The notes beneath the pieces were generated by a model, which did no database searches, was not told the DNA's origin, and saw only the letters and a program-made list of their open reading frames with translations. Of a stretch of DNA of 64,000 nt, positions 35,536 to 45,906 are shown in pieces (the stretch's first letter is position 1; every line of letters begins with the position of its first letter). The stretch is from Parcubacteria group bacterium (GTDB lineage Bacteria > Patescibacteriota > Minisyncoccia > Phycocordibacterales > CALRBT01). Location: NCBI GenBank assembly GCA_943354475.1, contig CALRBT010000002.1, forward strand, positions 16,361-80,360. The letters are read 5' to 3'. The position numbers were made by a program, and so were the translations under genes.

Positions 35536-36501
35536 ATGAAGTTGTCTTTCAAACATATCTCCATCTTTCTGTTATCAATAGGTGTCCTAGCGTTATTTGG
35601 CTATGTCGCGACCAACTCTGGCAAACTTCCTCCCTACATACAAAACTTGGAAGACTCTGCCGCATCTGTTTTCTTTACTGAGAGTTCAAACCCAGTGACC
35701 TTGAAGAATAAGTATGATGCTGTGGCCAAAACAGGCAAGAAAGTGAAGATTTTGATTGTTCCAGGTCACGAACCAAAATCAGGAGGTGCTTTGTACAAAA
35801 ACCTAAAGGAGCGTGACATGACGGTTGATCTCGCCTTAAAAATGGCAGAACTATTCAACAAAGACCCACACTATGAAGTAGTCTTGACGAGAGGAAAGGA
35901 AAGTTGGAACCCCGACTTTGAAAATTACTTTACTACCCACCAAAGTGCTATCGAGGAATTCATCAAAACCAAAAAAGCCGAAATGAACAGGCTCGTGGAT
36001 ACAGGGGCTGTTACCAAAGTAGCCGATGGTATTGAGCACGTTAACGCAACACCTGATGTCGCCAGACGTCTGTACGGAATCAACAAGTGGGCAAATGAAA
36101 ATGGTGTCGACATGCTTATCCATATCCACTTTAGTGAATATCCCAGGCCTAAACAAAAAAGTCCAGGCAAATGGACCGGTTTTGTCCTCTATATTCCCGA
36201 TGCCCAATACTCAAATGGTGAAGTAACCAATTCAATTGCCAACTATATGCTCTTCCGCCTCGCCTCAGTCTTTCCCATAAGCAACCTTCCAAAAGAAAGT
36301 TCTGGAATTGTAAAGGAGCAAGATTTGATTGCAATTGGATCATTTAACACACTGGATAGTCCAAGTGTTCTGGTTGAATACGGCTACATTTACGATGAAC
36401 TCTTTGCTACAGAAACAAAGCGAGAGACGACATTTAATGGTATGGCCAAGCAGACCTTTCTTGGGATACAAGATTTCTTCGCTGCCAAAATAGCGCAGTA
36501 A
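35536..36501 (+). CDS. N-acetylmuramoyl-L-alanine amidase (Amidase_3/CwlD-like) family protein
   Basis: signal anchor; KILIVPGHEPKSGGA...DMTVDLALKMAELF...VLTRGKE resembles the Amidase_3 GHGG..D.GA..E....L.R motif layout. Confidence 0.5.
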   Translation: MKLSFKHISIFLLSIGVLALFGYVATNSGKLPPYIQNLEDSAASVFFTESSNPVTLKNKYDAVAKTGKKVKILIVPGHEPKSGGALYKNLKERDMTVDLALKMAELFNKDPHYEVVLTRGKESWNPDFENYFTTHQSAIEEFIKTKKAEMNRLVDTGAVTKVADGIEHVNATPDVARRLYGINKWANENGVDMLIHIHFSEYPRPKQKSPGKWTGFVLYIPDAQYSNGEVTNSIANYMLFRLASVFPISNLPKESSGIVKEQDLIAIGSFNTLDSPSVLVEYGYIYDELFATETKRETTFNGMAKQTFLGIQDFFAAKIAQ

Positions 36502-36520
36502 ACTGACTAGCTAAATTTTA

Positions 36521-37018
36521 CTAATAGTTATCAAGCGCCTCTATCATCTTATCTATTGCTTCAATTCTCTGATCTTCTGGTAGATCACAAATATCATTGA
36601 AGAGTGGCTCAACTATTGAAGAGGGAGCGGTGTTTCCCTTAAAGAAATTGAAACTGAGACCTTTCTGACTAAGCCTGAGGTCAATTTGTTTCAAAATTTC
36701 CGCTTCTTCTGGCTTACCTAGTTGATACAAACTCCTCAAGAATAGTCCTGCCTTATTTGTACGATCAATAACGGTGGGGTCCGTAAAGAGGTCGGTTAGT
36801 CCAACCAATTCTTTTCCCGCGGACTCACTTTTAGAATATCTACTCCCTGAATTCATTGGTCCCTCCATAGATTTTAAACTAAATAATAATGACCTTATTT
36901 TAACATGGGTCTTGATAGTCTGTCCAGCATTGGCTGAACAGGAACAGATTTCTTCGCCATAACAAACCCCAACACAGTTGTTACTGGAAGACACTCGAGT
37001 GAGTGCGTCCACCAACAA
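36521..37018 (-). CDS. hypothetical protein (true start possibly the internal MEGPMNSG, about 36869)
   Basis: ORF only. Confidence 0.4.
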   Translation of the reverse strand: MLVDALTRVSSSNNCVGVCYGEEICSCSANAGQTIKTHVKIRSLLFSLKSMEGPMNSGSRYSKSESAGKELVGLTDLFTDPTVIDRTNKAGLFLRSLYQLGKPEEAEILKQIDLRLSQKGLSFNFFKGNTAPSSIVEPLFNDICDLPEDQRIEAIDKMIEALDNY

Positions 37019-37047
37019 CTATATACCCAAATAAATTGTCTGTAAAA

Positions 37048-37950
37048 CTATTTTCCTTCGCGCAATAGTCTAATGCGATCTTCAACCGGTGGATGTGTTG
37101 CAAACAGGCCACCGATACGTGCTCCAATACCACGCTTGCTCTCCCCTCCTGTTGGATCTGCAATAAAGAGATGTGCGGTTGCATTACTTTGTTTTTGCAT
37201 CGGAATACCAGCCTTGGCAATTTTGGAAAGTGCAGAAGCTAAGCCTTCTGGGTAACGAGTGAGGAGCGCACCTGACGCGTCTGCCAAATATTCTCGTTTG
37301 CGTGAGATTGCAAGTTTGATGAGCTGGGCTGCAATCGGAGCGAGGATGGAACCTGCAATAGCCATAACAATCACGATCGGGCCGAGCTTGCTATCATTAT
37401 CCCTCCCTCCCCCAAACATTGACGCACGCAAGAACATATCGGCAACGATTGCTACAAATCCAGCCAGCACCACTGCAACGGTCATTACTAACATATCGCG
37501 ATTACCAACATGCGATAGTTCGTGGGCGATCACTCCCTCGAGCTCTGTTTTATCGAGAATCGCGAGGAGTCCTGTAGTGACCGCGACCACTGCATGCTTT
37601 GGATCACGTCCTGTAGCGAAAGCGTTTGGTGATGGATCTTCGATAATGTAAATCTTGGGTATTGGCAGTCCCGCGGTAATCGAGAGGTTCTCGACAATAC
37701 GATAGAGCTCTGGATTGTCTTTTAGCTCTGTTGGATGCGCACCGGTCATGCTAATCACGAGCTTGTCTGAAAACCAATAACTTCCAACGTTCATCAAGAG
37801 CGCAAAGCCAACAGCAATGTAGAGGATGAATGGGTTTCCCATGTACAAACTAATCGCCCAGCCGATAGCAACAACCACCATGAGGAAAACCCCCATCAGT
37901 AGATAGGTCTTGGTAACATTTTCTGATTGATGGGTATAGAGGGTGGCCAT
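37048..37950 (-). CDS. htpX: zinc metalloprotease HtpX (M48)
   Basis: two N-terminal TM helices, HELSHV (HExxH) zinc motif, adjacent to lemA. Confidence 0.9.
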   Translation of the reverse strand: MATLYTHQSENVTKTYLLMGVFLMVVVAIGWAISLYMGNPFILYIAVGFALLMNVGSYWFSDKLVISMTGAHPTELKDNPELYRIVENLSITAGLPIPKIYIIEDPSPNAFATGRDPKHAVVAVTTGLLAILDKTELEGVIAHELSHVGNRDMLVMTVAVVLAGFVAIVADMFLRASMFGGGRDNDSKLGPIVIVMAIAGSILAPIAAQLIKLAISRKREYLADASGALLTRYPEGLASALSKIAKAGIPMQKQSNATAHLFIADPTGGESKRGIGARIGGLFATHPPVEDRIRLLREGK

Positions 37951-38062
37951 TTTGAATAAGAGTTAGGAAGTAAGAATCAAGAATTAAGAGGAAGCAACCA
38001 GAAACCACTAAAATTAATTTAGAATTCCGTTAGTTACAAACCTCTAACCTAAACGCTAAACC

Positions 38063-38704
38063 CTAGAAACTAACTTTCACTGGTTCTTTGGCGGCGCTAT
38101 CAGCCTCGGTAAGTTCAAAGAAGTCCATCTTGGCGAAGTTGAAGATTCCGGCGAGCATGTTTCCAGGAAATACTTGGAGTGCGGTGTTGAGGTCTCGTAC
38201 ATTACCATTGTAGAAACGGCGAGCTGCTTGAATTTTATTCTCAGTATCTGAAAGCTCCGCTTGAAGTGAAAGGAAGTTCTGGTTGGCTTTGAGGTCTGGG
38301 TACGCCTCGGAAACGGCAAAGAGAGATTTGAGTGTTCCTGAGAGCATATTCTCGGCTTCTGCTTTCTGTGCAGTCGTACCAGTACTTTCCGCTTGCATAG
38401 CTTGGGCGCGAGCCTGCGTCACTTTGTCGAAGGTTGCACTCTCGTGAGCCGCGTATCCCTTGACCGTGCTGACAAGATTTGGAATCAAATCGTAGCGGCG
38501 TTTGAGCTGAACATCAATGTCAGCCCAAGCTTCTTTAGTTTGATTAACCAAGCGGATAAAGCTGTTGTACATCGAGATGAGCCAGAAGACTACTACAACG
38601 CCAATAGCAATCAGATTCAAACGCCAGTCGACTAAGTCAAAGAAACCGCTGGCGATAAGCAGGAGGACGAGGCCACCAAAAATCATGTTCCAAAAATTAG
38701 TCAT
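38063..38704 (-). CDS. lemA: LemA family protein
   Basis: N-terminal TM, RRYDLIPNLV..AHE..TF..VT.AR LemA core. Confidence 0.85.
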   Translation of the reverse strand: MTNFWNMIFGGLVLLLIASGFFDLVDWRLNLIAIGVVVVFWLISMYNSFIRLVNQTKEAWADIDVQLKRRYDLIPNLVSTVKGYAAHESATFDKVTQARAQAMQAESTGTTAQKAEAENMLSGTLKSLFAVSEAYPDLKANQNFLSLQAELSDTENKIQAARRFYNGNVRDLNTALQVFPGNMLAGIFNFAKMDFFELTEADSAAKEPVKVSF

Positions 38705-38858
38705 AAATATTGTAAAGATTAATTCAATTAAAGTAGTATAGGTAAATTATGACATAAAGGATTTTAAAGGCAAGGTCTATCCTCTATCCTGAAAAATATT
38801 GACGGATCAGCCTTGATGGTGTTTTATATGCTGAGTAAAACGTTTTTGGGAGGATAAC

Positions 38859-38996
38859 GTGAGTCAGAAAATGATAGGAAATATCATTCTATTCCTAGGT
38901 TCAATAATTCTGATTATTTTCGTGATACTACTGGATACCCTGTTCGCAGAAAAAACAGGACAACATGTCGTATTCACGTTTTTGAATATAAACTAG
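38859..38996 (+). CDS. candidate small hydrophobic peptide (45 aa from GTG, or 41 aa from ATG 38871)
   Basis: GGGAGG Shine-Dalgarno 5 nt upstream of GTG; MIGNIILFLGSIILIIFVILLDTLF; followed by hairpin terminator at about 39040-39075. Confidence 0.3.
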   Translation: MSQKMIGNIILFLGSIILIIFVILLDTLFAEKTGQHVVFTFLNIN

Positions 38997-39086
38997 CGGA
39001 CAACCCGCTCTTAAGTTGCCAATCTCACCAGCAAAAAAGACCGTTTGGAGGACGGTCTTTTGCATTTTAGCACCACAGATCGATTT

Positions 39087-39392
39087 CTATTTTTTTACTG
39101 CAGGTGTCGGAGTAGATGCTGAAACACCCAGCATTTCTCCAACCGCATCGAGCTCTTGTTCAATGGTTAACTCTGGCGCTGGAGTAGCTGGGATAACAGT
39201 GGTCATCTCAATAACCGTCGCTGAATTCTGTCGCATCATCTCGTTGGGAACCATCATTCTTAGACTTAGTGGATTATCAAAAGAGCTGGCGATAAAGACA
39301 ATTGCCATTGTAAACATCGCTGCGCAAGAAATAAAAACTGCGTCGTCGTTGTCGAGGTGGGCACCAGAAGTAGCTCGAGAAGTTGGCTCCAT
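39087..39392 (-). CDS. hypothetical protein (101 aa); mutually exclusive with the overlapping plus-strand ORF 39016-39405
   Basis: ends next to a bidirectional terminator hairpin at 39040-39065; composition more protein-like than the plus-strand alternative. Confidence 0.3.
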   Translation of the reverse strand: MEPTSRATSGAHLDNDDAVFISCAAMFTMAIVFIASSFDNPLSLRMMVPNEMMRQNSATVIEMTTVIPATPAPELTIEQELDAVGEMLGVSASTPTPAVKK

Positions 39393-39456
39393 AAATTTAC
39401 ATTAAAAAATAATTACTTAAAGTATAGCAGGTTGTGAATTCCAATTCCAAAGACTT

Positions 39457-39499
39457 ATCAACACACCCCCGCAAGCGAAGCTTGCGGGGGTGTGTTGAT
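39457..39499. terminator. 20-bp hairpin ATCAACACACCCCCGCAAGC-GAA-GCTTGCGGGGGTGTGTTGAT followed by TTTTTC on the plus strand; its core CCCGCAAGCGAAGCTTGCGGG recurs at 57862
   Basis: read directly from the sequence, downstream of groEL. Confidence 0.55.
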
Positions 39500-39523
39500 T
39501 TTTCTATTGACGTCCTCCGATTC

Positions 39524-41335
<1,812 letters not shown>

Positions 41336-41740
41336 TTAGTTAAGAATTGCTAAAATGTTCTCCTCTTTAAGAATATAATATTCTTTCCCGTCCTGTTTGA
41401 GTTCTTCGTAGCTATACTTGGAGAAGACAACCTTATCCCCTGCTTTGACCTTGAGTGGAACTACTTCTCCGTCTTCTGTATACCAACCTTCTCCGACTGC
41501 TACAACAATTCCACGGTCTGATTTTTCCTTATCAACAGTATCCGGAATAATGAGTCCAAACGACGTTGTATTTTCATCTACCTCAAGGAGACGAACGAGT
41601 ACCCGATCTCGAAGTGGAGTGATTCCTGATTTATTTACCGTACTACTGGTAGCGGTAGTTACCGGTTTTTTTAAAACTTTTTTTGAAACAGTAGATTTTG
41701 GCTTTGCCTTTGGTTTTTGCTTTTTGACAGTTTTTTTCAT
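41336..41740 (-). CDS. groS: co-chaperonin GroES with ~38-aa Lys-rich N-terminal extension
   Basis: ITPLRDRVLVRLLEV...GDKVVFSKYSYEELKQDGKEYYILKEENILAIL is full-length GroES; no in-frame ATG/GTG/TTG at the conventional start. Confidence 0.85.
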   Translation of the reverse strand: MKKTVKKQKPKAKPKSTVSKKVLKKPVTTATSSTVNKSGITPLRDRVLVRLLEVDENTTSFGLIIPDTVDKEKSDRGIVVAVGEGWYTEDGEVVPLKVKAGDKVVFSKYSYEELKQDGKEYYILKEENILAILN

Positions 41741-41854
41741 ATGTCTTTAGAATTAGCTGTTAAGTTAAGCTGTAACGAGCCTCTGTAAAGAGGCTGTTTT
41801 GTGTGCACAGTATAGAGAATAGATAGAGAGACTGTCAACGAGCCTCTGCAAGTT

Positions 41855-41878
41855 GGGCGCCCGTATCCTCGGGCGCCC
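41855..41878. terminator. GC hairpin GGGCGCCCG-TATCCT-CGGGCGCCC immediately after the 41884-42360 gene
   Basis: read directly from the sequence. Confidence 0.45.
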
Positions 41879-41883
41879 ACCAT

Positions 41884-42360
41884 TTAACCTCTGTCAGCCA
41901 TCTGCACAGCCTTGATCAAGGTATCTCTAAGGGTGTGTTTAATCGGAACCTTAAACTTTTTTGCCAAAAGATCGAGGTATTTCATTTTAGGCGCACCTAC
42001 CGGATACCCAAGGATGATTTTCCCCGACCTGACATAAAGTCCAAATTCCACATTCGTGGTAAATCCAGGCAAATAGTTGAGATCTCGCGGAATCCAAAAA
42101 GCAATGCAAGTCGCCCCTTCCAGGTATTTAAGTTCCCAAGACACCTGAGCATCATACTCTGGCGACCAGTTACCATCACGAGGCAAAGGAACGTAAACAA
42201 TACCTGTAAAACCAATCTCCTTAAGAGTATCGACTGCTCCAGGTCTCCAATTTATATCTTCAGCAGACCTTGGACTTGGTCCTGCCAGAAAAATTCCTCG
42301 TTCTCCTTTTGCAGATTCAGGAGGACATTCGTGGGCATATACGACATGCATTTTAGACAC
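41884..42360 (-). CDS. nucleoside 2-deoxyribosyltransferase-like (NDT/YtoQ-like fold) protein
   Basis: IFLAGPSP (cf. IYLAGP), SWELKYLEGATCIAFWIPR, TNVEFGLYVRSGKIILGY (cf. E.G.A.A.GKPV) layout of the Nuc_deoxyrib_tr superfamily. Confidence 0.5.
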   Translation of the reverse strand: MSKMHVVYAHECPPESAKGERGIFLAGPSPRSAEDINWRPGAVDTLKEIGFTGIVYVPLPRDGNWSPEYDAQVSWELKYLEGATCIAFWIPRDLNYLPGFTTNVEFGLYVRSGKIILGYPVGAPKMKYLDLLAKKFKVPIKHTLRDTLIKAVQMADRG

Positions 42361-42442
42361 TCCCTTATGTTTTCCTTCTGTCTTTATTTAACAGTAAAGC
42401 AGTCAAAAAGTCACGCTGATGTAATTAACGCAAAAACAGAAA

Positions 42443-42473
42443 CACCCGACCGAAGCCGGGGCTCCGTCGGGTG
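42443..42473 (-). terminator. hairpin CACCCGAC-N15-GTCGGGTG followed by a T-rich tract on the minus strand; terminator of the 42495-43151 gene
   Basis: read directly from the sequence. Confidence 0.5.
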
Positions 42474-42494
42474 ATGGATTCTTGTACTCCTTAC

Positions 42495-43151
42495 TTAATA
42501 GTATATGGTGAAATCCCCTGGTTTCCCGTAACGCGAGTAGGTCAGGGTGACTTTGACAGTACGCCCATCCACCTCCGCCTCAAGTTCCAATGTTCCAGAA
42601 TCGTTATTCAAGACGTGCGCAATGAACCGTGCGAACGCTGACTTTGTGCATTCAGCGGTTAGTTCAACTCTGGCAAACCCAGGCGAATCAGTCCCCGAAA
42701 TAGATATTGGTATTTTGTGATCAGAAACATCTGGAAACTTTTCAGCAAAAAGCCTGAGTGTTCTTTGAAGGTCAATAGTGACAACTTGATAGACAGCTTT
42801 CCTGAGTTCTCCTTCTCCGACAGCGCCATCAGTTGAATCTCCTTGATCAACCGGGGCTTCTGCCGGCTGACCTTGTTCAGACTCCAGTGGCGGAAGCTCC
42901 ATGCCAAGATAAAGACCGTAATGTGAGAGAAAATCGATAATTCCGTTCAGTGTACCCCTTCCAAGACCGGGTCGGGCGAGTAGTTTTTTCTCGGTCATCC
43001 CCAATAATTGGCGAACTGTGGCGATCTCTTCGAATGAACCTGTGTCTGTCGACATTTTCTTGAGACAGTTAGCGGTCCGAGCGTCAAGTCCTAACTCAGA
43101 AATTGGTAGGTCAAGAATTGAAAAATCAGGTTCCTTAGGTGTTGCGTTCAT
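42495..43151 (-). CDS. protein with N-terminal RNA-polymerase-alpha-CTD-like helix-hairpin-helix domain and C-terminal domain of unknown function (start moved to ATG 43151 with GGAGG SD; longest ORF reaches 43190)
   Basis: DLPISELGLDARTANCLKKMS...TVRQLLGMTEKKLLARPGLGRGTLNGIIDFL resembles RpoA alphaCTD (LELSVRSANCLK...L...NLGKKSL.EIK..L). Confidence 0.5.
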   Translation of the reverse strand: MNATPKEPDFSILDLPISELGLDARTANCLKKMSTDTGSFEEIATVRQLLGMTEKKLLARPGLGRGTLNGIIDFLSHYGLYLGMELPPLESEQGQPAEAPVDQGDSTDGAVGEGELRKAVYQVVTIDLQRTLRLFAEKFPDVSDHKIPISISGTDSPGFARVELTAECTKSAFARFIAHVLNNDSGTLELEAEVDGRTVKVTLTYSRYGKPGDFTIYY

Positions 43152-43336
43152 TATATTGGCCTCCAGCCAAATTGATTGCACCGACCACACAATAAACTGT
43201 TAGTTACATTATGTCAACAAGCTACATCTAGAACCTAGGGGGTGGGCTCGGATAAAAAGAAACGCCGCGCACCCTGGGGTGCGCGGCGGGGACGAACAAG
43301 CACTTATTCGCCTAAGAGGGCGGGACGTGTGTCGTT

Positions 43337-44283
43337 CGTCAAGGTGATGAGACAGCACACTGTGCGTCCAACAGGGCAACCGCAGACTCGTCTCATCGTG
43401 GGGAAGGAACAACTATTTTGACGTCTTTCCAGACAGGCAGCCAATCGTTCCATAGAGGTGACCAGACACAGCATTGAACGCTCAAGTAGAGCAATCACTT
43501 CTTCGTCTCGTCAGGGTGGCGGACACCTCATTTGTCATCTTTTTACAAAGATAAACGATGTGTCGTCCGCCGAGGTGAGGGTACATACTGAAGAACATTC
43601 CGAAGAACACCTACTGCATCGTACCCTCGATTGGAAATCTCGAACGAGTCGAGATCTCCAGAGAGGGCCGGAGACGCGCAAGCGCCTCCGGACCGGTGGT
43701 GAACAATACAATGATCGTGGACAAGCCACATTGTCCTTTTCGTTCACCATAGAGATGAGACAACGGAAGACTCGCCCACCTAAGAGCGCTGTCAGAATCG
43801 TCTCGTCGGGGTGGCGGACATTGGGGGAATCGTCCCGAAGGACAGATTTCCATTCGTCCGCCGAGGTGAGGGTACACTGGTTAACTCGTTCAAAGAACGG
43901 ACAGTCCTTCGCACCCTCGATTGGAAATCTCGAACGAGTCGAGACCTCCAGAGAGGGCCGGAGCGTTTTTAAGCGCTCCGGCTGGTGGTGAACAATGCTT
44001 TGATCGTGTACAAGCTACATTGTTGTTCTCATTCACCAAGATGATGAGACATGTAGGTATACGCTCTCAGTAGAGCAACCGTTTTATCGTCTCATCGAGG
44101 TGGCGGACAAATCATTGCTCATCTCTTTCGAGACATGATCATCATCGTCCGCCGAGGTGAGGGTACAATTCCATAGTCGCTCAAGGAACAAGTGGCGATT
44201 CGCACCCTCGAGGTGGAGAGACAATCATCCGACCGTCCTTACGGACAAATGTCACCTCGTCTCTCCTTTGTACAACTTACATA
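43337..44283. repeat. periodic degenerate direct-repeat array, part 1: about 17 units of a 23-26-bp repeat (consensus about TCGTCTCATCGAGGTGAGGGACAA) + 31-37-bp spacer, 59-bp period; five repeat subtypes in fixed order A-B-C-D-E give a ~290-bp higher-order unit (2.4 copies); related sequence extends back to about 43209
   Basis: subtype-A repeat TCGTCCGCCGAGGTGAGGGTACA at 43563, 43854 and 44146 (periods 291, 292); B/C/D/E variants at about 58-bp offsets; GC-rich. Confidence 0.8.
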
Positions 44284-45906
44284 GCTTCGATCGATATCTA
44301 GTCTACCTGACTCTTTGGTGGACGGATACCTTGCACGCTCTTGCCTTTGTCGAAGTCACAGAACGCATAGGCCATCTGCTCGACGAAGCGAGTGAGGGTG
44401 CGCCAACGAGCCATCTTGAAGATATGCCCGTCGGTGTAGCGCTTCTTGCCCTCCACAGTCTCAACGGCCGGATGCTTCTGTCGCAGATTCGCCTTCATCT
44501 GATTCAGATACACACCCCATGGCGAGTTTGGTCGATAGATTGACCACTGGTCGGCCAGAAGGTAAAGACCTTGCCTCGCGTCGGGATTCCAGTTGGCAAC
44601 TTGGCCAGAGCGCTTGCGTGCAAACCGACCGTCTTCGAGTACATGCACGCCACAAAATGCTTTCAGCTTGGCCGCTGTTTTCTGCCGCGCTTTGTGACGC
44701 ATTTGCGCGCGAGTCTTGTGACAGGCGATCGCTTGGTCAAGTAAGGCCGCTTCACTCCCCTTGCCGATGCGTCGTTTGTAGCTACGCACCAACTGGAGGG
44801 TTCGGAATTTCTTGTCTCCTTTCGTTAGCTTGTCTTCAATCCTCCCAATATCAGCTTCGAAGTTGCCCTCCTTTTCAAGGCGTTCACTCTCTTCGTAGAG
44901 CCGTTGCATTTCCGCTTCGTCAGGCCCGACGATAAACTGCCGGTAGTCAACAATGGCAGAGAGAATTCTCGCTGCCGCCGATGGTCCGAGACCTTCGACT
45001 TGTTTGAAAAGTTGCTGATAGATATCAAGTCCTTCGAGCGCTTTGGCCAACTGACGATCTCGCGCCGCCTCTTCCCTTTCGAGATTCTGCAGTACGATAT
45101 CGTTTGCCTTTCGCAAGTCAAACGCGTGCTCGACGTCACCTTCGGGATATATGTCGCTCCGAAAGGTCTCACCAATAACCAACTGCCGAAGCCGTTGTTC
45201 ACAAGCGATGCGGGCCTTCATCGCATCCATGCGTGCACGATAGAGTTCGCGGACGGTGATGAGAGCGAGGTCACGGTTGTCAGACGAGTAAAAAAATTCG
45301 GGCGTTTCTTCGAGCAACCTTGCAAGCAAGTCCGCGTCGTCGTCCTTGTTTCCTTCACCACGAGCAATACTGAGCTTTGATGGTGGAATGCGATAAACGG
45401 ATGCATCGATTGACTTGCCACGGCGCGTGAGCGCATAGGCGAGCGAATCACCGCTACCGCCGAGCACCATTGCAACCCTGTCGTGGGCTTTGAGGCCGTC
45501 GTAGGTGCTGGGGATCTGGTGGGCACGGTAGTATGTCCGGCCATCTTGTCGGACGTGCGAATCGGGCAGACCATGAGCCTGATCGACAGAGGTAAGCTTG
45601 CGCCATTTGATATGGTGGCGCTTTACTTTCGTTAGGTCTTCCCTCTCCTCCACATTTCTGTGTGCGGTTGGGAAGATGCCAGAGGCGAAATCCAGTTCAG
45701 CTTGTTCATCGCCAAGATCAAGAAGGGTTACCTTCTCTCCCTCGACGATGCAGACTTGCGTCGGGCGAGCTTCGCCCTTGGCTGTCTGCTTTACACGGTG
45801 TCGTATGCCAATAGTGCGGGGCATGTGGGTTCCTTCTCGGTTTGGGTTGTAGAAAGAACGGGGATGAGACATGTCCATATTCGCTTCATAGAAAGAAGCT
45901 ACGCGA
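44284..45906 (-). mobile_element. possible IS110/IS1111-family element (gene plus short flanks) interrupting the repeat array in phase (array reads ...A-B | gene | D-E-A-B-C...); ends not definable
   Basis: the transposase-like gene occupies the position of roughly one missing C-type unit; IS110-family elements have no terminal inverted repeats and often target repeats. Confidence 0.35.
44298..45824 (-). CDS. IS110/IS1111-family DEDD transposase-like (bridge-RNA recombinase family) protein; 508 aa from ATG 45824 (GAAGGA SD 7 nt upstream) or 537 aa from GTG 45911
   Basis: C-terminus: VEGLGPSAAARILSAIVDYRQF (cf. IPGIGPLTALAILAEIGDIHRF), KLKAFCGVHVLEDGRFARKRSGQ (cf. KLAAYAGLVPRQHQSGNRQRTGR), then LYLLADQ...WGVYLNQM (Transposase_20-like), with a ~70-aa coiled-coil insertion; N-terminus: TIGIRHRVK, AMVLGGSGDSLAYAL, KDDDADLLARLL align to the GIDVSK / mEATGgY / KTDrlDA RuvC-like motifs. 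Confidence 0.65.
   Translation of the reverse strand: MPRTIGIRHRVKQTAKGEARPTQVCIVEGEKVTLLDLGDEQAELDFASGIFPTAHRNVEEREDLTKVKRHHIKWRKLTSVDQAHGLPDSHVRQDGRTYYRAHQIPSTYDGLKAHDRVAMVLGGSGDSLAYALTRRGKSIDASVYRIPPSKLSIARGEGNKDDDADLLARLLEETPEFFYSSDNRDLALITVRELYRARMDAMKARIACEQRLRQLVIGETFRSDIYPEGDVEHAFDLRKANDIVLQNLEREEAARDRQLAKALEGLDIYQQLFKQVEGLGPSAAARILSAIVDYRQFIVGPDEAEMQRLYEESERLEKEGNFEADIGRIEDKLTKGDKKFRTLQLVRSYKRRIGKGSEAALLDQAIACHKTRAQMRHKARQKTAAKLKAFCGVHVLEDGRFARKRSGQVANWNPDARQGLYLLADQWSIYRPNSPWGVYLNQMKANLRQKHPAVETVEGKKRYTDGHIFKMARWRTLTRFVEQMAYAFCDFDKGKSVQGIRPPKSQVD

Noticed and set aside
39016-39405. Plus-strand 129-aa ORF opposite the 39087-39392 minus ORF
   Set aside because: The two are mutually exclusive. 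The plus-strand product is Ser/Ala/Ile-rich low complexity, so the minus ORF was kept at low confidence and the ambiguity noted.
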